Below are positions 46,408 through 58,564 of a stretch of 64,000 nucleotides of DNA, one piece after another. A program made the position numbers and the translations under genes. This DNA is from Monocercomonoides exilis PA203 (lineage: Eukaryota > Protista > Preaxostyla): contig LSRY02000010.1 of assembly GCA_001643675.2 (NCBI GenBank), positions 992,001 through 1,056,000 on the forward strand, given 5' to 3'. Under the pieces are notes generated by a model. That model was not told the DNA's origin, did not search any database, and saw only the letters and a list, made by a program, of their open reading frames with translations. Numbering within the stretch: position 1 is the first letter of the stretch; every line of letters begins with the position of its first letter.

Positions 46408-47812
46408 AACAAGGCACACCTCCATTTCAACCAAAGATTTCATGTGGTCGCGATATGCCTCTTCGCGTTTCTGTTGAGCAGTTGTCAATTGATTCCGGCA
46501 TTTCTGCTTTTCTTCTTCGAGAGTTGCTAAGTCTGTCTGAAATGACTGATACACCTCCTGAAGCGATGCATAGTATGTCTTGATCTCTTCGTCACTTTCT
46601 GAATGTTATAAATTTAAAATAAACAAATAAACAAACAAATAATGATGGAAAAATTCCGAAAAATATATATACAAATCAGAATTAAGAATCAATTTGAAAT
46701 ATCCTCTGAATAATAATAATTAATAAAAGCCGAAGCAAAAAGCATTTTTTTTATCAATTAATATAAAAAAAGCAAGACAACTATCTCAATCAAAGAGCCA
46801 ACCTTCAAGAAGAGAAGTGATCTTTCCATAAGCAGCGTTCCTTTCTCCCTCAACTCCCTTCATTCGAATGACAATCCCCTGCCTGTCTCTGTCAATCTTC
46901 TCTCGTTTCTCGCAGAGCCCTCTCAGCACAGCCACTTCCGCTTCGATTTTCTCTTTTTCCTTTGCCGTTTTCTCTCCTTCCATCTTCAGCATCTCCACAC
47001 GCATCCTCAGTTCACTCCGCTCTTTCTCTATCTTCCCATACTGTGCCAGACGCTCTCCCAGAACTCGCTGATCCGCAACCATCTTCTTGATTTTCTCATC
47101 GACTTCCTTCCGAGTCTTATTGATCGTTTCCATTGCTTTTGTGTACTTTGTCGATGAAAATATTTCGTCAAAATGAGTTTTCAGTGCTTTATCGTTCTGC
47201 AAAGGCCAATCAGAATCCTCTTGATGGCAGAACACAACGTGCTCGAGCATCGCCTTTGATACCCCCAAACATTCTGGAACATATCTGTCCATATCCGTGC
47301 AACGTGAGCTGATACTTGTTGTCTGAAAAAAAAAATGATTCATCTTTTAAATCTTAATAACTTCAAACCTTTCCTGTTTTAGGATCTTTTGTCACAATTG
47401 CTGCATCAATAACTTTGTATTCTGCTTTTTTTGATTTTTGTGTTAATTGCATATTACGTACCACAAGCATAGGCTCGTCTCTAACATTGAAAAATCTAAG
47501 TTTAATCTGTGCTTTTACTGTTGTTTCTTTAATTAACTGATTTGAAAAAATATATAACAGCATTAACTTTATAAATCGCAAACAAAGTTGAAATACCTTT
47601 GGATCAAAGATAAATCCCTGACCACGAGTTGACGAAGGAGGAAGTTCACCTGTCACAGCAAATTTTAAAGCTTCAATAATTGTTGTTTTACCCGACCCAT
47701 TTGCCCCTACAATTATCGTGACCGGTCTGAAAAATTGAAGTGCTTGACCTTCTCGTTGAGTTGGACCAAAGCTTCTAATTCCAAGAAGGCGTAGACGATC
47801 AATATAAGACAT
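40621..47812 (-). CDS. RAD50: DNA repair protein Rad50, many exons
   Basis: LLGIRSFG, Walker [11 protein letters not shown]-loop FCHQED, zinc hook CPLC (~44500), signature [10 protein letters not shown], Walker [16 protein letters not shown]. Confidence 0.96.
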
Positions 47813-48275
47813 CTATATCATATAAAAATACGCATTAGCAATTACATTAACAATTTAAATTAAAAATTAGGAACTTAAAACATATTAAGAAGGTCTAGCC
47901 CTATAAAATTAGAAAATAATTTATTGATGTTTTCATAATGGGACCATCCAATCAAACGTTGTTATCGAAATACAATGAGAAAAAATATATATACAATATA
48001 TTGAACGATTCCTATTTCTTTGATATTGTGAAAGAATATGAAATTGGAAATTGAAACTTTTAAAGGTAATTTTGTTTTGATTTCTCACAATTATAAATCA
48101 ATTTCATGAAACTGGTTCACGCCAAGTCCTTTCAATAATTGAAGAGAAAACAAAAGCCAATTTTCTTTATGCATTTTAAAAAAAGAAACTCTTCCATTTG
48201 TGAAAAATGAAATAAATTTTGTGACCATAACAAAATTCAATAAAAACAAAAATTCATTGTTTTTAAAAGGTGAAA

Positions 48276-49061
48276 ATGTCGGGGAAGCCGATTCCCTTGA
48301 TATTACCAACACATCCAAAACCAAAACCCAAGCCTAAGCCTAAGCAAAAAATGACTGTAATCGCTCCATCTACCTCAATATATCCAATACCTATTCCAAA
48401 GGTGTCAAAAAGTGTTGAAGCTTATATCATTCAAGAATACTTGGAACTTAAAAAATTTATGCATGAAGGAATTAAAATTCAAGAATTATTGCATTCAACA
48501 AATCCGTTTGGTTTTCTGTTTTTCAAAAAAATATTCTATCTTTTATAAATGATAAATAGATTGTTTATTACCATTATTGGTCCACCTTTATCATTATACG
48601 AAGGGGAAGAATATGAATTGATGATAATATACGATGATTCATATCCCAATAAGCCACCATTGATTCAATTTGTCCCTGGAAAAACCCCTCCACACGAAGT
48701 TTGCATGAAAGATAATTTTTATTTAGATGTGTAATAATGTTCCTTCCAGCATATTTTTCACAATGGTCATATTTGTTTAAGTTCTTTGTATCATTGTGGT
48801 TGGACGACACTTAGTAAATCAAAAGAAATACACGTAGGCTTGCTTCGGGCATGCATTGATATCATTCGGCTCCTTTCTCAATCGAAAAAGAAAGTGTGAT
48901 TTTGTTGACTGAAATAAAAATTGTTCTTTGAATTAAATAAAATATTTTTTCCCTAATTGTATCAGGCATGGCCTTGGAATGATGAACGCTATTGTCGAAT
49001 AGCACCTTCAGATCCAAGAATGACTTCTTTTGAGTATGGAGAGGCTGCTTCACCTTCTTGA
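48276..49061 (+). CDS. Ubiquitin-conjugating enzyme E2, UBE2W-like, ~4 exons, with a Pro/Lys-rich N-terminal extension
   Basis: GPPLSLYEGE..YPNKPP..PPHE|HIFHNGHICLS (active-site Cys); C-terminus PSDPRMTSF; stop TGA 49059-61. Confidence 0.8.
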
Positions 49062-49439
49062 AAGAACTATAAAAGTTGGAACATTGTATTAAATACATTT
49101 TCAATGAGAACACTAAGAAAATGGAGTATTCCAACAGTTAGATATAGATTCTGAAAATTATTATGTATACGTTCCTGTGGCAATTGTCTTGTGCCTATAT
49201 TGCTATTAGATTTATTTGTTGGATTAATTTTTTGTATATATTTTCAATTTTATGTTCAAGCATTTTTTTCAAAAATGTACAATGTTATTATTATAGGATA
49301 AACTTGTATTATTACATATGCACATCTTCAGCAAAACGTTTTTTTAAAAAGCAATATGTTTTTGAAAAACATTGTTCAATTTTGATCATGAAAAACTCAA
49401 ATATGGGCAGAACTATTTGGATATTTGCTTCAGAAAGCA

Positions 49440-49849
49440 ATGAAGATCGTCTTTAATTGTTTGAATTAGTTTATGATGATGTTTTGTTTATTTCATATTT
49501 CTGTATTTCACATTTTTATAACGTTATAATATTCTTGAAAAAATGTTTGAAAGGTTCTTCATGTTGCGTCGGATGGAGTATCATTTGCGCAATTACACTA
49601 TTTTTGCTGTCCCTGGCGTACTTTTTTGAACTTCCAATGGGAGAACCTTTCACAAAAGAGGAATATTTCGAGATGGCAAAAAGTACTTTCTTTGGAGGAA
49701 TTGTGTGGATTGTTGCAGCGCTCTTTAGCGTATTTATGTACTTTAGAGGAATGAAAAAAGCAGAAAAGGAGAAAGATAAGGAAGACATTGATTCATCATT
49801 AAAAGCTGGAACGTCCCTGAGCTCTTCTTCACTCACTGAAATCAAATAA
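49440..49849 (+). CDS. Small 2-TM protein, possibly RNASEK / V-ATPase subunit f-like; intron 49459-49553
   Basis: MKIVFNC|SSCCVGWSIICAITLFLL..EPFT..AKSTFFGGIVWIVAALFS: Cys-rich start and two TM helices. Confidence 0.4.
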
Positions 49850-50377
49850 ACTCGATCAAATCATTCATCTAATTTCAATTCATTTCTCTTTGTTCTAGAA
49901 AATTTTGTTTACATTCATCAATGCTTCTCTTTAACTTCTTTCATTTATATAATATGAAATTATAATGATTTAATCTTTCCTTTTTTGAACTCAAATGATA
50001 TTGGATAGTGGAACATATTTAAAAGAGTATTCTTCTTTCAAATGAATAATACTCAAAAATGGTCGAATGTTCACACTTGAAAAATATCGCTGTCTTTTGA
50101 TCAAGTATTAAAGGGAAGAAAAATCTTGGATTTCTTTTTGAATGTGTTTTTTGATAAAGAAAAAACAAATTGTCTTTTTCAAAGAATAAAAGAAATAACA
50201 ATTGTGTTCAATAATTGGTATAATTAATTTAAGCTATGATTTTTGAAAAACAAACTTTTGTCAAATAAAATTTAGAAAGATATTTTTCATCTAAAATTTT
50301 AACAAAAATTTTTTGAGATAAACTCATTTCAATAAAGACAAAAGCAAAAGTTTTTAAATAAAAATTATCGCGTTCAT

Positions 50378-51620
50378 TCAAAATACAAGTTTTACTGTTT
50401 CTGATAAAACAGGCTGATTCATAATTAGAGTAGAATCAGAAAAAGGAGATTTTGTTAGATTATACACAACGCTTTGATCAGCCGAAGGAAGCGAAGAAAA
50501 ATACACAGAAAGAGCTTGTTCTTTGTCGCTCATCCCAAAATGATTTAGAAGCAATTGATTCGTACTTTCCCAGCTTCGTTCATCGCTCATTGAATCCGGA
50601 TAAGAAGAGCTTGGTCCAATCAAAGGCTCTTGAGAGAGTGAAGATGAAGTTGAAGTGTCGATTGAAGAAGAAGGATATGAGGCAGTTGATGGAGGAGCAA
50701 CAGCAGATCTCGAAGGCGATAAAGATGATGCAGAAGAAGTTAAAGCAGTTGCAGACGCAGAAGAAGATTGCATTGTTGCTGACATTTTTGAAGGTGAAAG
50801 CTGTTGCCCTGAATTTTGAGGTTGGGCTGTTGAAGTTAGTTCTTTGTTTGAAATAGTTCTCATTGAATTTGCGCGAATATAATTTGCATCATTTATAGAC
50901 TTTTCTGCGGTCAACAGAATTTGCTCTGGAACAGAAACGCTTCGTGATGGCTGAGCAAATGAACTAGATGTCTTTTTCCTTTGATTCATCATTTGTTCCT
51001 TTGATGAAGCATCCAAAGAAATCTCAGAAGCTTCTGTTGAAGATAGATCAGAAAGCTGTGATTGAGAAGCAGAAACAGTGAAGTGAATTGATTCATTTAA
51101 TTCAATTTTTTTATCGCGATTTCCTCTTGATAAAAATGAATGGTCGGATATATCATGTTCATTTGAGCACGAATAAGAAATCTAATAAAATTACAAATTT
51201 TCAAGAAGTTCGCTAAATATATTACACATATAATAAGCTATGCAGCAAACAGGATCAGAGGCTTCGTCCTCTTCAAATATATTTTGTACAGAGTTAAAAG
51301 GTGAAAATCTTTGAATTAACTTACTTTGGGAAGCACTTTCCTCTGCATCAAAAGTAGAATTATCAGCGCTAGAAAATTTATCTTGTGGACTTGCTGTAAG
51401 GCTTGAAGCTGGCGATGATTTTACACTATCCAAGAGAGTATTTGTTTGAGATGATCCCAATGTCTGTGGTTTGCCTTCATTCAATTTTAATATTAGATCA
51501 TGCCTCTCCTTTGCAAGAAAGCGAGCCTTTTCAATAATTTTTCTTTGTTTTTCTACACTCGAAACATGCCGTAGCATGATTTTTCTTTGTTCTTCATCTC
51601 GAAGTACTTTAATTTTATCT
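50378..51620 (-). CDS. Hypothetical Ser-rich protein, spliced; exact start unresolved
   Basis: ORFs 51191..51577 and 50378..51016 on the same strand with an intron-like gap. Confidence 0.5.
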
Positions 51621-51808
51621 AGAAAAAAATATTCATTTATTCATCTCTGGAATAGTTGTAAAACAAACTTTGCTGTTTATCAAATGAAGCAACATCCATC
51701 TGTACCCATGCCAAACAATAAAAATTAAAAATTGATGAAAAATGAATGAAACTAATTTATTGTGGGACTTTAAGAATGAAAATTAGCTAAAGCCTCTACT
51801 GCGAATCA

Positions 51809-53404
51809 ATGACAGATTATCCGAGTTTTAATTCTTTGGACGATGCAAATATATATGTAAATTTAGATGAACCTTGTGATACAGTTGAATTCTGCCCCTA
51901 TTTTCCTTTCACATCATGTTTTGCCAGTGGAACATATTCTTACACCCCATCAACAAAAATCAAAGATGGTCATTTCACTTGCTATTACGTCGACCAAAAG
52001 AGTCAGCCATTTAAGCTGCGGCAGTTTCATAAACAACCCGTGGATGCAATTCTTGATTTGAAATGGGCTCCTTTTCTTCCAAAGCATTGCTTCACTCAAG
52101 CATTTGAAGAAAATGCAACCTCATCAATTGTTGCAGGAGCTTGTGCAAATACAGGAATTCAATTTTTTAAATTTACTGCAGATCCATCGAATTCAACATC
52201 TATGCCAAATGTCAAACAAATATCAAAGAAAATTGAAAATCCTTTCGGAATTGAGCCAAAAAGAATGTGCTTATCACTTGATTGGCATAGATATTCAATT
52301 CCAGAAGATTCAAAATTGGTCACTTCATTGGATAATCAATTAGTTTCTGTTGTTAGAACGTCCTTTCCCTCGCTTTATTCAGAATCCCAAACGGAATGCT
52401 CCGAAGCAATTGTTGATTATGTTTGGGATGCGCATTCTAGCGATGTTTGGACAGCAGCATGGGCACATCCGCAGGAATATCCTGAAGTTGTGCTAAGTGG
52501 AGCAGATGATCACCGTCTTCGAGCATGGGATTTACGTCTAATTGACAAATGCAATCAGAAACAACAAAAATGCAATGAAGAAAAGGAGCAACAGGGAAAA
52601 ACAACGAATGAAGATGATTCACTCGAAGATGATGTTGAAGAGGAAGAAGATGATTTCGACAGCTCATTTCAGTTGTTCAAAACGCCTCAAAGGCCTTTAT
52701 CTCCATTTCATCAGCAGACTAAGTATCAACGCCCCAAGCCTATTGTGGAAAACTCTACGTCTCACGAAACAGGGGTTACTTGCATATCTCAGCATCCATT
52801 TCACCCGCACAACTTTGCTACTGGTTCTTTTGATGAGCATGTGAGGCTGTGGGATCTTCGGAAGCTGGACGAGCCTGTTTGGACGATGAAAGCCAAAGAC
52901 GGTGTATGGAGAATCAAGTGGATTGCACAAGAAATGAGAGAAAATTATAGTTCAGATAAAGAGAAAGGTTGCTTTGAATGCGAAGATCCAAAGAAGTATC
53001 GGTTTGGTGATGAAGGAGATCTGATGCTGATTGCATGCACACACGGGGGATGCAGCTGTATTTATTCATTCGATGGAACTTCTCAGCCTGATGAATCTTC
53101 TTCTTCTGCCGAAGTTCCTCCACAACCTTCGTCTTCTGCATCGCCTTCTTCAAAACAAACTCCGTCAGAGGTGAAGTCTGTTATTCAATCACCTCGCCTT
53201 GTTTTTACTCATTCGGGCCACAAATCAATGAACTACGGCTGTGACTGGATGAGGCCTCTCCCTGATAGCAATTCACTATTTTGTGCATCTGTTGGCTTTT
53301 ATGACAAATCACTTCATGTTTGGAGGGCGGATAAGAGAGATGGAGAAGGAAGTGAAGATAAAAAGGAAGATAAAAAGGAGACAGAAAATCCAAAAAGCGA
53401 GTGA
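51809..53404 (+). CDS. DPH7: Diphthine methyl ester hydrolase (WD40, WDR85)
   Basis: CDTVEFCP..GTY, ILDLKW, CLSLDW, SGADD..WDLR, GVTCI, TGSFDE..WDLR, GVWRIKW, HKSMNYGCDW, FYDKSLHVW. Confidence 0.88.
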   Translation: MTDYPSFNSLDDANIYVNLDEPCDTVEFCPYFPFTSCFASGTYSYTPSTKIKDGHFTCYYVDQKSQPFKLRQFHKQPVDAILDLKWAPFLPKHCFTQAFEENATSSIVAGACANTGIQFFKFTADPSNSTSMPNVKQISKKIENPFGIEPKRMCLSLDWHRYSIPEDSKLVTSLDNQLVSVVRTSFPSLYSESQTECSEAIVDYVWDAHSSDVWTAAWAHPQEYPEVVLSGADDHRLRAWDLRLIDKCNQKQQKCNEEKEQQGKTTNEDDSLEDDVEEEEDDFDSSFQLFKTPQRPLSPFHQQTKYQRPKPIVENSTSHETGVTCISQHPFHPHNFATGSFDEHVRLWDLRKLDEPVWTMKAKDGVWRIKWIAQEMRENYSSDKEKGCFECEDPKKYRFGDEGDLMLIACTHGGCSCIYSFDGTSQPDESSSSAEVPPQPSSSASPSSKQTPSEVKSVIQSPRLVFTHSGHKSMNYGCDWMRPLPDSNSLFCASVGFYDKSLHVWRADKRDGEGSEDKKEDKKETENPKSE

Positions 53405-53582
53405 GCTTTTAAATTGAAAATAATCGTTTTTATAAAAAATACATTTCAATAAAACATGATTTTGATAATCATAAAGCAAATTGATTTTTTTTCCAACACA
53501 AAAATTTTTGAAAGAGATACAAGGATGCATAGTGAAATGATAATATGAAAACGAAAAAAATTAATAAGTCTGAAGTGATTAT

Positions 53583-54209
53583 CTAAAGTGTTTGATTCAG
53601 ATATTCCCTATAAGCCCCAAGTCTCATTTCTCGTACTCTGTCTTCTTTTGTTTTATGTATATGCAATTTTATCTTTCTTCCAGAAATAACGCTTCTTCTT
53701 GTTTGCCCATCGGACGACGATGAAAAATAATCGTCCTCAGAAGATGACTCTTCGCTTTCATATTTCTTTTTCTGATCCTTTTTTTTCGCGGGCGAGGATG
53801 ACGAATCAGATGATATGGAAGGTGACGGAGAACGAGAGTGTTTAGAAGAATGGTTGTGCTTATGAGAGTGATGCTGTTTTTTACTTTTATGAGATGCCTT
53901 CTTTTGTCTATGATGAGAAAGTGAAGTGTCAGTTGATGAAGAATGATATGATTCAGATGAAGATAAACTGGGAGAAACACTTCGTTTTTCGCGTTTTGAA
54001 TGATGATGATGATGCTTTTCTTTTGAATGAGTTTTGTGTGTATGATGCTTACGATGGCTTGATCCAGATTCTGTTTCTTTTATTGTTTGCTGTCGATCTT
54101 CATATGATCTTTTTGTCTTTTGCGGAAGATCGTCTGCTTCTACCGCAATAAGCATTAAATAAACACAATATAAATTTAAATTAAAATGCAACAATTTTAT
54201 GAATGACAA
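53583..54209 (-). CDS. Hypothetical basic His/Ser/Lys-rich protein; 5' end probably spliced
   Basis: Low-complexity ORF with a structured-looking C-terminus RRSVISGRKIKL..YLN. Confidence 0.6.
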   Translation of the reverse strand: MSFIKLLHFNLNLYCVYLMLIAVEADDLPQKTKRSYEDRQQTIKETESGSSHRKHHTHKTHSKEKHHHHHSKREKRSVSPSLSSSESYHSSSTDTSLSHHRQKKASHKSKKQHHSHKHNHSSKHSRSPSPSISSDSSSSPAKKKDQKKKYESEESSSEDDYFSSSSDGQTRRSVISGRKIKLHIHKTKEDRVREMRLGAYREYLNQTL

Positions 54210-54500
54210 ATCACGTGTTTGAAGATATTTACATAGTTAAATTGATTTTGGAATTTCGTCGTTAAGTTTTCGCAGTTAAAAACAAATCCATTGTTTAACC
54301 GTTGAAAACAAATTTCAAAAATGTAATTTATGCAAATATATAAACTTAAAGGATAAAACAGCTGAAAATAATAAGAAAAAATACCTTTTAGTGAACTCAT
54401 TTTTAAATATTGGTCAAGATCTATTAATATTTGCTGGAAAATGCGAATCATTCACTTCGCAACTCACATATTGCTATTGACTTCTTGATTTTAAAACTCC

Positions 54501-54821
54501 ATGAGCTTAATTGTTATTTCACTTTTTTTGTTTCCATTTACAATTCAAAAAACTGCGTTTGATGCCATTGACGAATATTTTGACGTTCCTGATGAAACAC
54601 CTGAAAAACACGTTGATATTCAACCACAAGAATCAATAGAAGACGAATCTGAGTTTGAATTCGAAGAATATGATTTTGACGATGAAGAATTTGACTTGGA
54701 CATTGATATGATCGAGAAAGACGAAGATTCGTTTTTCCACATTCTCCTTGCACAGTTATTTGATGAAGAAGAGGAAGAAGAAATAGATCCATTTCTTCTT
54801 GAACAATTGGAATCACAATAA
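54501..54821 (+). CDS. Small, highly acidic protein with a putative signal peptide
   Basis: Hydrophobic N-terminus MSLIVISLFLFPF followed by a D/E-rich 90 aa. Confidence 0.55.
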   Translation: MSLIVISLFLFPFTIQKTAFDAIDEYFDVPDETPEKHVDIQPQESIEDESEFEFEEYDFDDEEFDLDIDMIEKDEDSFFHILLAQLFDEEEEEEIDPFLLEQLESQ

Positions 54822-54932
54822 TTACGTTTCTCTACAAAAAAATTTTTTATAAAATATTATATGTTTTTACTTCACTTCCCACTTGAAAAAAAAATTCTCA
54901 CAAAGACAATTCAAAATAAAAAATATTTTTTT

Positions 54933-57900
54933 TCACGTTCTGTTTTGATGTTTTGTAATTGCCCAAGGATCAAACATTCCAGAATGAAAAGGTGAAGATT
55001 GTGAAGTTGTAGGCTGCTGAGGTTTAAGAGAAGTTTGAACTTGGGACAACGAGAAAGCAGAATTTAGCTGTGATTGTGATTGAGAAGCAAAAGGTTGATG
55101 AAATGAAGTTGGTTGTGAAATGTTCGTTTGAAGTGGATTTATTGGGAGAGATGTGGATGGAGAGGGGTGCTGAGGTGCAGTCATATTAATATTTGCATTG
55201 ACATCTGCCATGCTTTGGTACATTCCAATCCCTTGCTTGAGATCTTGCATCATTGGACGTGGTGGCGAACCGGCCACTCTTGAGATGTCCTGATCTGTTT
55301 TCTGAGATGTATCAAAAGTTGAGTATTTTTCTTCCTTCAACGCTTCTCCATCTCCTGCTTTCCTTCGTGTCATCTTTCTTTCACGACCTCCTGTTCTTTC
55401 GTGGCTCTCCTTCATCATTGGCGTATCGCCAAACTCCTTCAGCTGCTTCAGGTCCCACTTCTCAAAGGCACTTTCAAACCAGCGCGGAGGGCAGAACTGC
55501 TGGTCTCTTGCAATCCTCTTCTCCATGTTGCGGATTGTCTCGGCTTTCACTCGGCAGGCATTAGCAATCGCGTCCTTAAACAGCTTCGGACGTGGCCTCT
55601 TGGCGGACGCATAGCCGTGCTTGGCATACAGTGGCTGAGGCAAATGGAAGCATCCGGCTGATGCTGATGAATCAGACAAGGCTATTTGAATAGGATCATT
55701 CAAAGAAGAAAAAGAAGAAGTTGCATCCGCGTCTTCGGGTGGAAAGGGAAGAGACCGAAAGCTTGGAACGTATTTCGATGAGAAATCACTTAACGATTGA
55801 AATGAAAGTGCGGAAAGCGAAGTGGATGGTTCATTTGGGAAATCTTGAGAAAAATGGCGTTCACTCACATTGAATGATCCTGCCGTTTCAAACAGCTTCA
55901 CCTCCATCTCAGAGAATGTGATGAGATATTCGTCTCTTTCGTTGAACAGCTCTTTTTCTGTTGGATCGTTCACCCGCGCTGACTTGCGGTGTCCTGAGCC
56001 CTGCTGCTTCAATTCATCGTTCAGCTGACTAGCTCCTTCTGGCTGCATATCCAGAATCACATTTTTGGCATCTCCTCCACTCGAAAGATTCCAAGTGCTG
56101 CTGATCCAGCGCAGGCTGCTCCGAGGGAAGAGCTGTTGGCCCAAAGATACTTCTGCGTCTTTGCAATCATCTGAAGCATCTTCAGATGAATTTGAATCAA
56201 GAGCGTTTTCAATCTTCAAGCTTTGCTTCTCAGATTGTAAGTGTTCGGTTAAGTTTTCACATTCTTTCTTTTCTGGAGTTGTATTTCTATCTTTTATGAA
56301 AGTATCTTCTTCTTTCATAAAAGAATCTTCTAACTTTTCCCCAAATCTTGAATCCATAGTTTGTGGAGTTCCTGAATTTTCCTCGGTTTTTATTCCACTT
56401 TTATAAATAGAATCGACATTTCCTTTGATATCTTTTCTATCTTCTTCCATTGCATTTTCGCTTCCTTCTTTCCCATTCACTTTAACTGCTCCAACATTCT
56501 CGTTATTGTCATTTCCAGCAGAATTCTCTTCTTCTTCATCTTCCTCCTCTGAATCATTGTTGTCTTCCTTTCCTGAAATGTACTTGTTTGCATACAGAAT
56601 CGACACCGCACACATCGACTTCGTTGACACATCTGTGCTGCCAAACTGGTGCACCAGGCACTCGCCCAGCTCCACAACCATCTTCATCACCCTGCGGAAT
56701 GTGTCAAAGGACGTCCCGTCAACCAGCGAAGCCTTCACTTCGGCTGCTTTGAGGGCACGCGACAACACATCGCGATACTCAATCAGTCGGTTCAGCTGCG
56801 CGGATGTGGAGCAGAGCCGATGACCTTCAGTTTTTGTCATTGTCACCTCAAACAGCACGAGCAGCGAGCGGACAAGAAAAAGGAAGCGGTTGTAGGTCAG
56901 ATGGAGAGAAGAAGGAGGAGCCAATGTAGTGTGGCTGCAGAGTGACAAGAAGCGGAGGATGGAAGAGGAGAAGACAGTGGTAAAGACGGTGCTGAATGAC
57001 GAGATGTTTGCCATCAGCGTTGAGCCATACATCGGCGAAGATGCTGAGGGAGAAGCGCCAGGACGCGAAGAATACGAAGACGAGCGATCTGTCATTGACA
57101 GGGAGTTCATTGACATGGAATAGTTAGTCGAAGGATAACGATATTTCTGTATAGAAATGAAGAATATGGCAAACGCGATGTGAAGCAACGGGAAATATGC
57201 CTGGATGATCGAAAGGATCCTCGTGACTGAAGGGCGTCGTCCGTCTGAGTCGCTAAATCCAGTTGGCGAGCTGCTTCTAATTTCAGCAGGAGAAGAAAAT
57301 GAATGTGAAGAGCCAAGCGGAGGCGGAGATGCAGGCGGACTTGTGTAAGAAGAAGACGAGTCCAGCTGCGAAGGAAGATGAAATTGTGCCTTCGCTTTGT
57401 TGTTGTAGTATTTTTTGACAGAAAGAAAATGAAGCATCATTTCAACGCAACTTTGACACAGTGAGTTAACATCTTCAGAGGAGAGAAGAGGAATTGAGCA
57501 TGGAGTTTGATGCTTCCTAATTGCTGCTGGTGATATAAAAAATGGGTCATACGATTGCGATAGGCTTCCAAGTGAACGACTGGAAGTGTTGTATCCTTCA
57601 ATGTATTGATTTATGCATGTGCACAATTCTTCAACTACAAGTTTCATTAAAAATGTGTATTGTTGTTCTTGCATAATCTCAAAAGAAGTTTTCTTTTCAT
57701 TTGCAAGAGAAGATTCACCTCCAATTTGATTGTCTGTTTGATGAGTTCTTAAAAAAAAAAATGAAAATTTTTAAAATAGCAAAAAAGAGATTGAAGCAAA
57801 CAAATCAGCTGATTGATGAACGGATGGAATGATTCCCACATCAAATATACTCAATTGAGCAAAAAATGGAACTCGCTTTTTCTCGCCATTGTAGTCGAAA

Positions 57901-58291
57901 GGTAAAGTGAAGTCAAATTGATCAAGTATTACGTCATCTTTGAAGAAAGGAATTGCATGTTCCGTTGAAATTGACGGTAATTGTGTAAATGTCGGAATGC
58001 AAAAATCAAAATCAACTTTATCTGTTTTGGGGTATTGTTGATTTTCATTGTTTTCTAGGCATCCTTTTTGTGAAGGAGGTTGGTTCATTTGAAACAATTA
58101 AACTTGATTTTAGGTTTGTGAAAAACTGCAGCCCTTTAAATATTCAAATAATATGTCTATAAAAACAAATTTTATTGTTAGATGCTGAACAAAAGTTGAG
58201 CAAAAGGATATACCTTGGATTGGTTAATTTTTTTCTCAGAAAAAATTTTATTCTGGGCGCAAATATTCAAAAAAGAACTACTTCGCTTATC
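54933..58291 (-). CDS. Hypothetical multi-exon protein (~1050 aa)
   Basis: 913-aa ORF plus upstream ORF 57771..58097 and short exons; putative ATG near 58291. Confidence 0.6.
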
Positions 58292-58564
58292 ATAAATTTA
58301 ACATTTCGTTTGAGCGTATTCATTTTCCAATGTTACTAATTTGAAATTAATTTATTCTATTTTATGTATTATTAATTTTATACACACACAAATAAAAAAA
58401 AAATGAATGAAAGAAATCGTGTAAATTAAAAATGAAATTTAGTTCAATATTTTAAATTCTGTTGTTTATTCTGGCGCAAGATTTTCGTTTTGCTTTATAT
58501 TTGAAAGCTGTTGTTTGTAAATGAATGTGATCATTAAACATTTTTCAAATTTCTCTTCTTCATT

